A stretch of 64,000 nt of DNA from Ignavibacteriaceae bacterium (GTDB taxonomy: Bacteria; Bacteroidota; Ignavibacteria; Ignavibacteriales; Ignavibacteriaceae). Shown here one piece after another: positions 7,743-16,887 of this stretch (positions are counted from its first letter, which is position 1; each line of letters opens with the position of its first letter). A program made the position numbers and the translations under genes. Location of the stretch: contig DAIRET010000002.1 of the NCBI GenBank assembly GCA_036795455.1, positions 15,325 to 79,324 on the forward strand, read 5' to 3'. The notes under the pieces were generated by a model that saw nothing but the letters and a program-made list of their open reading frames with translations, was not told the DNA's origin and ran no database searches.

Positions 7743-9101
7743 TCATACCATTGCTAACAAAGTTTCAATTAATCTATCGGCTATCGAAATCAACTTCGCA
7801 GAAGCATCGTACGACTTTTGATACTTCAAAACATCCATCATTTCCTCGTCAATTGATACTGACGAGTTGGATGCTTTTTGATAATCCAGTTCTTCAAGTA
7901 TCATCTGGTACGACTCCGAATTTTTTTCGACCATGTTCTTGTAGCTTGCCATATCCGAAACAAAACTCGAATACTTATCAAGGAAAGTCAACCCTCCGAT
8001 AGTTTTTTCATCTTTTAAACCTGCAATTTTAATTGCAATTGAATTATTTCCATCCGTTCCATCTGCGGATGCGGATATTAACCGTACATCGTTAAGAACT
8101 GCCGGATCAATTGCAAAAGCTCCTTTTTCATACTGCTGAAAGAAATTAAAACCTGTTTGGGGTGGATTTGTATACGTATATCCGGTTTGATGAATTTCGT
8201 TTACAGTGCTTGATATTTTTTCGGCAACCGAATCCAAAGAGTTCAAAAACGATGGAATATCTGTTGAATAGCTTTTCAGTATTGCACCAAGTTCTCCTTC
8301 GGTAATGTTTAAAGAGGATTCTCCCGACCCGTCTTTGAGATACAATTTCCCGTTTTCTTCAACAATTTTAAAATCAAGATTATGATACTGATCTACGGCA
8401 AGTATACCGCCGATGCTAACATTTGTTGAGCCATTATCATCCTGGTAAACATTTACGTTCACAAGTTGACTTAATTCATCTATTACTCTGTCTCTCTCGT
8501 CCATTAAATCGTTCGGTGTTATTCCCCGACTTTTAGCTTCAAATATCTGCCTATTTAATGTATTAATTTGTCCCACAAAACTGTTTATCTCGGTAGTTAT
8601 CTGAACTGCTTCATTTTTTAATTCCGTACGAATTTTGTTGTAGCCCTGGTAAAGCTCATTAAAACGATTTGTTAACTGTTTTCCGTTATTAACAATATTG
8701 TTCCTTAATTCCACACTTGTAGGATTGGCCGAAAGCTCGCTCCACGAGTTAAAGAAAGATGTTATTAAACTTGATAACCCTAGTTCCGAAGGCTCCGAAA
8801 GAAGTACTTCTAACTTGGAGTATATTTCATTTTGTTTGTTATAAAGGGATTCAGTTTGTGTAAATTTTCTGATTTGCGTATCAATCATTTGGTCGCGGAC
8901 ACGTACAATATCGTCAATTTTCACTCCCGCACCAATCGTCAAAGCGCTTGCTTTGGAAGGATTTTCCGTTGCTAAAAGAACACGCTGTCTTGAGTAAGCA
9001 GGATTATTTGCGTTTGCAACGTTATGCGAAGTTACCGTTAATGCACTTTGATAAACAGATAAACTTCGTCTTGCTATATCGAACACTCTACTAATTGCCA
9101 T
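7743..9101 (-). CDS. flgK: flagellar hook-associated protein 1 FlgK
   Basis: FDIARRSLSVYQSALTVTSHNVANANNPAYSRQRV at the N terminus. C-terminal VSIDEEMMDVLKYQKSYDASAKLISIADRLIETLL. Confidence 0.92.
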   Translation of the reverse strand: MAISRVFDIARRSLSVYQSALTVTSHNVANANNPAYSRQRVLLATENPSKASALTIGAGVKIDDIVRVRDQMIDTQIRKFTQTESLYNKQNEIYSKLEVLLSEPSELGLSSLITSFFNSWSELSANPTSVELRNNIVNNGKQLTNRFNELYQGYNKIRTELKNEAVQITTEINSFVGQINTLNRQIFEAKSRGITPNDLMDERDRVIDELSQLVNVNVYQDDNGSTNVSIGGILAVDQYHNLDFKIVEENGKLYLKDGSGESSLNITEGELGAILKSYSTDIPSFLNSLDSVAEKISSTVNEIHQTGYTYTNPPQTGFNFFQQYEKGAFAIDPAVLNDVRLISASADGTDGNNSIAIKIAGLKDEKTIGGLTFLDKYSSFVSDMASYKNMVEKNSESYQMILEELDYQKASNSSVSIDEEMMDVLKYQKSYDASAKLISIADRLIETLLAMV

Positions 9102-9103
9102 GG

Positions 9104-9559
9104 TTACATCTTCCTATTTATAAAGTTTTGGTTTTGCCCGGCAAATAAAATCCTGAACATCTCTGTTACAAACTGCTTCTTATGTTCAAGTAAGAATAAA
9201 TTAGTCCGGTTTAGCGAACTGCTTTTTTCAAGTAACGATTTTAATTCTTCTTCAAGAGCTATTATTTCATCAAAATTCTCATTTTTAAGTCTTTGAGTTA
9301 AAATAGTACTGAATTTTTCCATCTTAAATTTTTCTTTCGGTAAATTCAATGCTGTCAGCAGTTCATCTTTAAGTTTCAACCTATTCTTTTCTTCATGCTG
9401 CAATTTTGACAAAACGATTTCTTCTTTTTTTGTAAGCTGCGAAAAATCTTCGTAGTTGTATTCTATCAACAGTTTTTGCTTAGAGGCATAAATCAAATTT
9501 AACTCTGTGAAGCTGCTAATCGTTCTTTTCAGGTAGTCAATGATATTTTTAGTGTTCAT
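9104..9559 (-). CDS. flgN: FlgN-like export chaperone for FlgK/FlgL
   Basis: 151-aa helical protein 2 nt upstream of flgK. Size, composition and position fit FlgN. There is no strong motif. Confidence 0.6.
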   Translation of the reverse strand: MNTKNIIDYLKRTISSFTELNLIYASKQKLLIEYNYEDFSQLTKKEEIVLSKLQHEEKNRLKLKDELLTALNLPKEKFKMEKFSTILTQRLKNENFDEIIALEEELKSLLEKSSSLNRTNLFLLEHKKQFVTEMFRILFAGQNQNFINRKM

Positions 9560-9562
9560 ATG

Positions 9563-10372
9563 TTAAATCTCCAAAAAATTTATGTATCCCATTACTCTTG
9601 CAACGTATGTTTTAGTTTCCTCAAATGGGGGGATACCATTGTATTTGTTTACGTTACCCGGTCCGGCATTATATGCAGCAAGAGCTAACTTTAAATCTCC
9701 ATTATATTGTCGAAGCATTTGGGCAAAATATTTAGTGCCTCCGTTAATATTTTCAGCCGGGTCCCACACATTTCTCACTCCCATATCGTTTGCAGTTCCG
9801 TCCATTAACTGCATTAATCCTTTCGCGCTTGCTTTCGATATTGCTTTTTCGTTTGCAGCCGACTCTGCAAGGATAATCGATTTGATTATTGATTCGTCAA
9901 CACCATATGCTCTCGATGCCGATTTTATTATGGGCTGAAATCTTTCGAGCCTTCCCAAAGCACTTTTACTGGGTGCAATTGCTCCCGATGGTAAATTGCC
10001 GAGGTCTACCGAAGGGGTATTAGACTGCTGAATTGACCTGATACGCGAAATATATGTTTCCGGGAATTTTTCGCCTGTAAGTTTTTCGTAAATCGATTCT
10101 GCAATCCCAAGTCCTCTTGACTTAGAGATATAAGAAGCGATTTCGGATTCAAATAAAGTATCCAGAACATCTCCTCCGTAAGAATCTTCGCCGAATAAAC
10201 CGCCTGTAGTTTTGGTCATACTTTTCAGCATCATAGAAGTAAGCAAACTTTCAAAGTCTTTAGTCGTTTTGGCTAATTTCTTTTTACCTGCTTCATCCAG
10301 TTCAAGCCCAACTTTCTGTGGTCTTGCTACATGCCTGGTATCATCCGTTACTTTTAAGTCGATTAAGTCCAT
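9563..10372 (-). CDS. flgJ: FlgJ: rod-binding domain fused to a family-1 lytic transglycosylase (SLT) domain
   Basis: N-terminal rod-binding pattern KDFESLLTSMMLKSM...LGIAESIYEKL. C-terminal SLT motifs IILAESAANEKAIS, GLMQLM and AYNAGPGNVNKY. Confidence 0.85.
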   Translation of the reverse strand: MDLIDLKVTDDTRHVARPQKVGLELDEAGKKKLAKTTKDFESLLTSMMLKSMTKTTGGLFGEDSYGGDVLDTLFESEIASYISKSRGLGIAESIYEKLTGEKFPETYISRIRSIQQSNTPSVDLGNLPSGAIAPSKSALGRLERFQPIIKSASRAYGVDESIIKSIILAESAANEKAISKASAKGLMQLMDGTANDMGVRNVWDPAENINGGTKYFAQMLRQYNGDLKLALAAYNAGPGNVNKYNGIPPFEETKTYVARVMGYINFLEI

Positions 10373-10380
10373 CGTATCAA

Positions 10381-11496
10381 TTACATAATTATTAATTCTG
10401 CTTGTAAAGCTCCGGCTTCTTTAAGAGCCTGGAAAATTGCAATAATATCTCTCGGCGAAACTTTAAGCGAGTTCAGTGCGGCTGCAACTTCCTGTACGTT
10501 GTTTGCACCTTGAATAGATACAACATTATTCTGATCTTGATTAACATAAGGTACCTGGTTATTAAATAATGCCGTTGTACCTTGTGAAAATGCACCCGGT
10601 TGTGAAATTACCGGATAACTTCTGATTTCAATACTAAGATTGCCGTGTGATATTGTTGCCGGAAGAATTTTCACACTGCTGCCGGCTACAACCGTTCCCG
10701 TTCTTTCATTCAGAACAACCCTTGCAGCAACATCTGTTTGAACTTCGAGTGCTTCAAGTTCTGCAAGAAAAGTAGTTAACCTGTTTTGATACTCTACCGG
10801 CACATTAACTCTGATTTCCGAGGCATCCATAGCGAGCGAAGTATTCTCCCCGAACTTTTGATTAACTACATTTGAAATATTGTTTGCAGTTGTAAAGTCG
10901 GGTGATTTTAATAAAACCGTAACCAATTCACCGGAAGGATTACTTCCGTCAAACTCTGCCTGCATAATTCCACCGTTCGGGATTCTTCCGCTGAGTGCAT
11001 GATTTTTAGCAACTCTTCCACCGGAGCCCGTATTAATATCGAATCCGCCGATTGAAATCGGACCTTGTGCAAGTGCTGCAATACTTCCGTCTTTTACAGA
11101 AAGAGGGGTTAAAAGAAGTGTTCCGCCCATCAAACTTGTTGCATCACCGAGAGAAGAAACGACAACATCAAACTCGCTTCCCAGTTTTTGCAGATTGTTA
11201 ACCCTTGCGGTAACCATAACAGCGGCAATATTTTTTGTTCTTAGATTTACGTCATCTGGAACCGTAATACCGAATCTCTTCAACATACTTGTAACCGACT
11301 GTACCGTAAATGAGGAGCGGTAACTATCACCGGTTCCGGCAAGTCCTACAACCAAACCATAACCGATCAACTGTTCCGAGTTCAATCCTCTGAAATATGT
11401 TATATCTTTTATTCTTTGAGCAAACTGGTTATTCGCAAAGAAAAGAAGTAAAGCAATTATTAATAACTTTTTCATCTCATCACCTAAAAAATCCAA
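10381..11496 (-). CDS. flgI: flagellar P-ring protein FlgI
   Basis: RIKDITYFRGLNSEQLIGYGLVVGLAGTGDS and a C-terminal QALKEAGALQAELIIM. The likely true start is the MKKLLIIALL signal peptide at 11475. Confidence 0.93.
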   Translation of the reverse strand: MDFLGDEMKKLLIIALLLFFANNQFAQRIKDITYFRGLNSEQLIGYGLVVGLAGTGDSYRSSFTVQSVTSMLKRFGITVPDDVNLRTKNIAAVMVTARVNNLQKLGSEFDVVVSSLGDATSLMGGTLLLTPLSVKDGSIAALAQGPISIGGFDINTGSGGRVAKNHALSGRIPNGGIMQAEFDGSNPSGELVTVLLKSPDFTTANNISNVVNQKFGENTSLAMDASEIRVNVPVEYQNRLTTFLAELEALEVQTDVAARVVLNERTGTVVAGSSVKILPATISHGNLSIEIRSYPVISQPGAFSQGTTALFNNQVPYVNQDQNNVVSIQGANNVQEVAAALNSLKVSPRDIIAIFQALKEAGALQAELIIM

Positions 11497-12059
11497 TGGA
11501 ACAATTTTGTTAGCCAGCCCGGTTTTTGAGCTCTGTCAATCATTCCGTTCCCTTCAAAAAATATTTCTGCGTCGGAAATGTTGTAAGATAAAACCGAGTT
11601 ATCCGAATGAATATCCGAAGGGCGGACAATACCTTTGATTCTTACAATCTGCTCTTCACCGTTAATAACGATTTTACGGCTGCCGTTAATTCTAAGATTT
11701 CCATTCTCCAGAACAGAGTCAATCGATGCGCTTATTCTTGTTTTCACCAAGCCGCTTGTTTTAGTAGAGCCGCTGCCTCTAAAAGAATTCTTCGAGCCTA
11801 TTGTCGCACTTGCGTTTTGCGGTTTTGTGCTTCCGATACTTGCCGCCCCGCTAAAACCGAGATCGCTGTTCGTTCCGGTAGACGTTTCGGATTGATTGGA
11901 AGCCTGTGACGATTCAATAACAATTATTGTAATTGCATCACCCAGCCTGCCGGCTTTGTAATCAGAAAAAAGGGAGTTGTAAGAGTTCTGCCTTAAATCC
12001 TGTGCATTCAAAAATCCGTATACTGCCGTAAATACCGTTATTACAATTAATTTTTTCAT
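11484..12059 (-). CDS. flgH: flagellar L-ring protein FlgH
   Basis: Signal peptide, then SLFSDYKAGRLGDAITIIVIESSQASN and RIKGIVRPSDI, as expected for the FlgH family. Confidence 0.9.
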   Translation of the reverse strand: MKKLIVITVFTAVYGFLNAQDLRQNSYNSLFSDYKAGRLGDAITIIVIESSQASNQSETSTGTNSDLGFSGAASIGSTKPQNASATIGSKNSFRGSGSTKTSGLVKTRISASIDSVLENGNLRINGSRKIVINGEEQIVRIKGIVRPSDIHSDNSVLSYNISDAEIFFEGNGMIDRAQKPGWLTKLFHWIF

Positions 12060-12063
12060 ATTC

Positions 12064-12723
12064 CTACTCTACAATTTTTACTTTATTATTTTCTTCGATT
12101 ATTCCCGTCAACAATTGACCGTAATTAGTCGCTATTCTTATTGTCTGTCCGACTCTTCCATCCTGTCTTGCAGTAACACTCATTGAAATAACAATGCCGT
12201 TTTTTTCAAGATAAGCGTTTACTGTTTCTCCCATTTTTATATCCGGGTTCATTTCGAGCATCATCTCTGTTAGTATTGCCCCTTTTCTAATGTTAGTTTT
12301 TGCTCTCAACTCTTTTAATCCCGTTAAAGAGACAACCGGTTCATTTGAAAGCGAGCTTACTTCTTTAAGGTTTAGTTCAAATGCAGCTCTTTCAAGCAGA
12401 TCTCCTCTTGAATAATTTTGTGTTGCCACGTAAACTTTCTGATATAGTTTTAGTTTTACCGTAACAACCGAATTAACGGAGTTATTACCACTTGATATAA
12501 TAACCGGGATATACCCGTAACTTTTCATTCTTCTGAATTCTTTACTGTTATCAACTTCAACTTTTGATGCGATGTTGATAATGTTCTTCGGTTTTGAAAC
12601 AATTTCATACTCATATTTTTCAAAAGCCGAGAGATGACTTTTCAGATACGATTCCACTAAAACTTCCAGTTTATCGGAACCCGCACTAAAACAGAATAAA
12701 AGAAGAATTAACGCTTTAATCAT
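12064..12723 (-). CDS. flgA: flagellar P-ring assembly chaperone FlgA
   Basis: Signal peptide. SAF-like central region VYVATQNYSRGDLL and C-terminal GRVGQTIRIATNYGQLLTGII. Lies between flgG and flgH. Confidence 0.8.
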   Translation of the reverse strand: MIKALILLLFCFSAGSDKLEVLVESYLKSHLSAFEKYEYEIVSKPKNIINIASKVEVDNSKEFRRMKSYGYIPVIISSGNNSVNSVVTVKLKLYQKVYVATQNYSRGDLLERAAFELNLKEVSSLSNEPVVSLTGLKELRAKTNIRKGAILTEMMLEMNPDIKMGETVNAYLEKNGIVISMSVTARQDGRVGQTIRIATNYGQLLTGIIEENNKVKIVE

Positions 12724-12725
12724 TA

Positions 12726-13526
12726 CTAACTTCGTTTTAAGTTGTTAACCATTGTCATCATATCTTCAACTGTTTTTACAGTTTTAGAATTAATTTCATA
12801 AGCTCTTTGAGCTGTAATCATCGCAATCATTTCCTCAACAATATCAACGTTGGAGGCTTCGAGGAATCCTTGCTGAAGTTCGCCGTAACCGGTTGAACCG
12901 GGATTCCCTAAAATAGGAGCACCTGAAGCATCGGATTCTCCGTACATGTTATCGCCAAGGGCAATAAGTCCTGCCGAGTTAATAAATTTTGCGAGCTCAA
13001 TCTGTCCCAATTCAATTGAATTTCCGTTTAATTCCCTCATAGAAACAATACCGTCTCTCGAAATCGCAATATCGGATACATTATCACTAATTGTGAAGCC
13101 GGGTTCAAGCATGTATCCGCTTGTTGTAACAAGCGAGCCGTCGGACGACAGTTTGAATGAACCATCCCTTGAATAGACAATTGTACCGTCCGGTTTTCTA
13201 AGCTGGAAAAATCCTTCGCCGTAGATTGCAACATCAAGCTGGTTGCCGGTTGTTGTCAAATCACCTTGATTAAAAAGTTTTTGAGTAGATGAAAGTTGAA
13301 CACCGTTCCCAACCTGTACCTGGCTCTGCGTTTTTTCTACTACTCCCGGTAAATATGAATTCAGCGGTGTTGCGCTAACTTCCTGGTACATCAAATCCTT
13401 AAAGTCCGCTCTATTCTTCTTAAAAGAAGTTGTATTCATGTTGGCAATATTATTCGAGATTACCTGGATGTTGATCTGTTGTGCATACATCCCTGAAGCT
13501 GCTGTTCTTAATGATCTTGTTGGCAT
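12726..13526 (-). CDS. flgG: flagellar distal rod protein FlgG
   Basis: LRTAASGMYAQQINIQVISNNIANMNTTSFKKNRADFKDLMYQ. C-terminal QGFLEASNVDIVEEMIAMITAQRAYEINSK. Confidence 0.94.
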   Translation of the reverse strand: MPTRSLRTAASGMYAQQINIQVISNNIANMNTTSFKKNRADFKDLMYQEVSATPLNSYLPGVVEKTQSQVQVGNGVQLSSTQKLFNQGDLTTTGNQLDVAIYGEGFFQLRKPDGTIVYSRDGSFKLSSDGSLVTTSGYMLEPGFTISDNVSDIAISRDGIVSMRELNGNSIELGQIELAKFINSAGLIALGDNMYGESDASGAPILGNPGSTGYGELQQGFLEASNVDIVEEMIAMITAQRAYEINSKTVKTVEDMMTMVNNLKRS

Positions 13527-13545
13527 AATTTGCTCCTTACTTCTA

Positions 13546-14253
13546 TTAAACCTTTCCTACTTCGTTTACTTTTGATAAGTGATTATCAAAGTACCCCACC
13601 ATTTTTTGAGTAGTTTCAAAATTCTTGTTTAGTTCTATTAATGACTGCATTTCCGTAAACGGATTAACGTTTGACTCTTCCAATGCACTCTGATACACGG
13701 CAAAATCTTCTTCCTCTGCAACAGTAAGGTTACTCTCCTTTATTACGAAGTTTTGATTATTGGCTCTTATCACAGATGCTGCATCGGTAATTTTTCCGAC
13801 TAAAAGTTTATCAACTACTTTATCACCGACCCTTACTTCGCCATTACGGCTGACTGTCAAACTTTTGCCGCTAACATGAAGGTCGTCCATAATTTGAATA
13901 GCTCCGCTTTCGCCTAAAAGCTTTAAGCCATTCTCGTTAATCAAAAATCCATCGTCCGATATTGTCAGTTTTCCATTCTTGGATAACTCCAACCCGTTTT
14001 CGGTTTCGTAAACAAGGAAGCCGGATCCGGATACAGCAAAATCAAGCGGGTTACCGGTTTGAATAAAGCTGCCTTCGGAAAAATCAGTCAAATGGTTTCT
14101 ATCTGCCAAATCGATGCGGCTCATTATTTCGGCAAATGGAAGCTGCCTTTTATAACCGATTGAGTTTAGATTGGCAAGGTTATTAGAAACTATATCAATA
14201 TTCTTTGTTTTAAGATGTAAATTTTTTGCCGCTTCATAAATGGAATTAATCAT
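13546..14253 (-). CDS. flgF: flagellar proximal rod protein FlgF
   Basis: IDIVSNNLANLNSIGYKRQ at the N terminus. C-terminal ALEESNVNPFTEMQSLIELNKNFETTQKMV. Upstream of flgG. Confidence 0.88.
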   Translation of the reverse strand: MINSIYEAAKNLHLKTKNIDIVSNNLANLNSIGYKRQLPFAEIMSRIDLADRNHLTDFSEGSFIQTGNPLDFAVSGSGFLVYETENGLELSKNGKLTISDDGFLINENGLKLLGESGAIQIMDDLHVSGKSLTVSRNGEVRVGDKVVDKLLVGKITDAASVIRANNQNFVIKESNLTVAEEEDFAVYQSALEESNVNPFTEMQSLIELNKNFETTQKMVGYFDNHLSKVNEVGKV

Positions 14254-14266
14254 TTTATACTACTCC

Positions 14267-14689
14267 TTACTTCCCGTAACTGCTCATAAGTTTAATTTTG
14301 GAAATCAGCTCCTGTTCACCTGTTGTAAAGTGTTTTGTTTTGTAATGATTTTTTACGGTTGCAATTTCTTTGTTATAAAAAATCGATTCTGCCCTAAGCA
14401 TTTTTACTTTTTCCTTCAAAGGTTTTTGTGTACTGGTTTTTCTTCGTTTCATAGTTCTGAATAGCGTATACAGCGAAAGAGTCATTATTACCGTAAGCAG
14501 AAGAATGAAATTCACATCGTTTTGTATAAACTTTTCAAGTTCGGAAGTAAAAGAAAAAAGATTTGCTTCCGAAAGCCCGGATACCGGGTTTGTGTTTCCG
14601 TTAAGAAGGGATGTTTTAATATGTTCCCATGCGGGTATTAATGCAATTACGGATAGTACAACTACTGTTCTTTTAGCTAATTTCTTCAT
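14267..14689 (-). CDS. hypothetical membrane protein (signal/TM, second TM, basic C-terminal tail)
   Basis: 140 aa. MKKLAKRTVVVLSVIALIPAW and FILLLTVIMTLSLYTLF are hydrophobic segments. Overlaps the upstream gene by 1 nt and ends 13 nt before flgF. Confidence 0.6.
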   Translation of the reverse strand: MKKLAKRTVVVLSVIALIPAWEHIKTSLLNGNTNPVSGLSEANLFSFTSELEKFIQNDVNFILLLTVIMTLSLYTLFRTMKRRKTSTQKPLKEKVKMLRAESIFYNKEIATVKNHYKTKHFTTGEQELISKIKLMSSYGK

Positions 14690-16002
14690 TATCTGATTTT
14701 CCTTTTAATAGGGAAGAATAAACTCATTGTTGAACCTGAAGTTTCCGAGGAGATAATATCGAATTTCCCCTCGTGCTTTTTCATAAGATTCTCAAGTATT
14801 TTGTAATTCATATTACTTGCACCGGTGTTTTTGTTGTTCTTTTTATCGAACGCTTTCAAGTTTACTGTAGAGATAATTTTTACAACAATATTATCCTGTT
14901 TGTAACGGGTCTGAATGATAACACCTTCCGCACCGTTTGAATCTGCTTTTATTAAATCAAAAACATTTGATAGTATCTGGTACACATAGTTCTGATGACT
15001 TAAAACAGAGGGTGTGTTGTTATCAAGATCAAGAACGCATTCCAATTTAATGCTTTCCCAAGATGAACGCGTTAGGTTGTGAAAATCGATTATATATTCA
15101 TTTAGATTTACCGGGCTTATCTTAAGGTTGCTGTTCGAGCTGCTTGAAAATTTTACAAGACGATTAACTGCATTATTAATTTTAACGATTTGAGATTTAA
15201 GAATGTCGAGATCGCTTTTTTCAACTTTATTATCTTCAAAAAGATCGATTTGTGTTGTTATTACCTGCAAAGGAGAAATTATTTCTTCCGCTATTCCAAC
15301 TGTTAATTCTCCGACCGCAGTAAGTTTGAAATCATTTGCCAGCTTAGCCTGGTATGTTAGCAGTTCATTGTAAGTATCGTTCAATTTCTTTTTTGTAAGT
15401 AAATATTCGATTTTACCCGTCGTTAATAAAAGTGCTCTTTCTATAATGTCTCTTTTGTTACTCGTAATAACTGTTTCATTGTCGGGTGTTAAAATTACGA
15501 ACAAACCTTTTGCTTTACCGTTTTCGGCAACCGGAATAAAGTAAAAGTATTGTTTTGAGCCGTTTGAATTGTATGAGTTTAATACCGGGATAATTGCCGC
15601 TTTATTGGTGTCGAGAACGAGACTTAAAATACCTTCTTTATAGTAGTGATTAACAGGATCATCAATCTTTGAAATCATTCTTTCGATCACAGGGACGAGC
15701 TCTGTGGAAGTGTCGTTCAGCATCAACAACGAGAAATCTTTTACCCGTATAATTTCCTGAAGAAATAAATTGAAAGCAGGCAGAACTTTCAGTTCATTTG
15801 TAATCTCTTGCAGGTCCTTCTGGTAGTCCGACAATTTTATAATGTAGTTATCCATCGAATTCAAAGTGTTTCTTTCTCCGGTTAATCGCTCTAAAATCTG
15901 CTCGCCGCTTAAAATGGATTCGCCGGCATTCACAGATGACTGCCCGACGAGGTAATCATAAAAAGAGAGATACGGGGCGCTATTTATTTGCTGTTTGTTC
16001 AT
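14689..16002 (-). CDS. degenerate histidine-kinase-like protein (GAF-like N terminus; DHp lacking the phospho-His; degraded ATP-binding boxes)
   Basis: The H-box position reads VGIAEEIISPLQVITTQIDL, with Glu where AHEIxNPL normally has His. The C terminus keeps the kinase-fold end GKFDIISSETSGSTMSLFFPIK, but I cannot find DxGxG or GxGLG boxes. Confidence 0.55.
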   Translation of the reverse strand: MNKQQINSAPYLSFYDYLVGQSSVNAGESILSGEQILERLTGERNTLNSMDNYIIKLSDYQKDLQEITNELKVLPAFNLFLQEIIRVKDFSLLMLNDTSTELVPVIERMISKIDDPVNHYYKEGILSLVLDTNKAAIIPVLNSYNSNGSKQYFYFIPVAENGKAKGLFVILTPDNETVITSNKRDIIERALLLTTGKIEYLLTKKKLNDTYNELLTYQAKLANDFKLTAVGELTVGIAEEIISPLQVITTQIDLFEDNKVEKSDLDILKSQIVKINNAVNRLVKFSSSSNSNLKISPVNLNEYIIDFHNLTRSSWESIKLECVLDLDNNTPSVLSHQNYVYQILSNVFDLIKADSNGAEGVIIQTRYKQDNIVVKIISTVNLKAFDKKNNKNTGASNMNYKILENLMKKHEGKFDIISSETSGSTMSLFFPIKRKIR

Positions 16003-16874
16003 TAAAATTTTATCAGCTTTGATTCTGTTTCTAATATTGGTTGATACTGGCTCATAAACTGCTCTATGTGTTCAAAATCTCTGAATCGTAACGTGTTTAA
16101 TACCGATTCGTCAAAAACGTATCCTTCATCCCAGAAAAAGTTTTTAAAGTTCCATTTGCTTACAAAATAGTCGGCAAGGTGAACAAGAGAAACAAGTTCA
16201 ACGGCGTTTGTGGATTTACCCGGGCAGTGATGATATAAAACCGTGTTACAAAGGTTAGCCGGAAGATTCCATTTTTCAACAAGGTTGTTGCCGATTTCCT
16301 GGTGTGTTAAACCGAGAATTTCTTCTTCGGCATCGATGAATTTGTACTCGCCTGACTTTGAAAGGTCAAGTATCTTCATGAATGAAGAATGGAAATATTT
16401 GTGAATTGCCGAAACAGCAAGCTCGTGTAAAAGCCCGGCTATGAAAGCTTCGCCGGAAATTTTATATCCCATATCAAGAGCGATTCTTCTTGCAAGCGAA
16501 CCAACGAGAAAAGAATGGAGCCATAAGTCTTTGTAATCCAGAACACCGTCATTCATGTTCTTGAAGGTTTCCATTATCGAAAGACCTATGATGATATTTT
16601 TAATTTCCTGGTAACCGAGAACCAGGATTGCAAAATCAATAGTAGAGACTTTACGAGGTATTCCATAAATTGGAGAATTAGCGATTGCCAGCAGCTTTGT
16701 TGATAATCCCTGATCCCTCCCGATAATCCTTGACAACGTACTTGTTGATGTAGAAGAATCTTCAAGCAGCTTTGTTGTTTCAAGCATTACATTTGCGACA
16801 GTAGGAAGGTTGTGAATTCCGTCCAATACTTTTAAGGTTTTTTGCTTTTTTTCGGAAAATGTTTCGTTTGTCAT
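16002..16874 (-). CDS. HDOD-domain protein (copy 2)
   Basis: LPTVANVMLETTKLLEDSSTSTSTLSRIIGRDQGLSTKLLAIANSPIYG and AGLLHELAV, as expected for HDOD. Paralogous to the upstream gene. Confidence 0.8.
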   Translation of the reverse strand: MTNETFSEKKQKTLKVLDGIHNLPTVANVMLETTKLLEDSSTSTSTLSRIIGRDQGLSTKLLAIANSPIYGIPRKVSTIDFAILVLGYQEIKNIIIGLSIMETFKNMNDGVLDYKDLWLHSFLVGSLARRIALDMGYKISGEAFIAGLLHELAVSAIHKYFHSSFMKILDLSKSGEYKFIDAEEEILGLTHQEIGNNLVEKWNLPANLCNTVLYHHCPGKSTNAVELVSLVHLADYFVSKWNFKNFFWDEGYVFDESVLNTLRFRDFEHIEQFMSQYQPILETESKLIKF

Positions 16875-16887
16875 AATCTCACTATCG

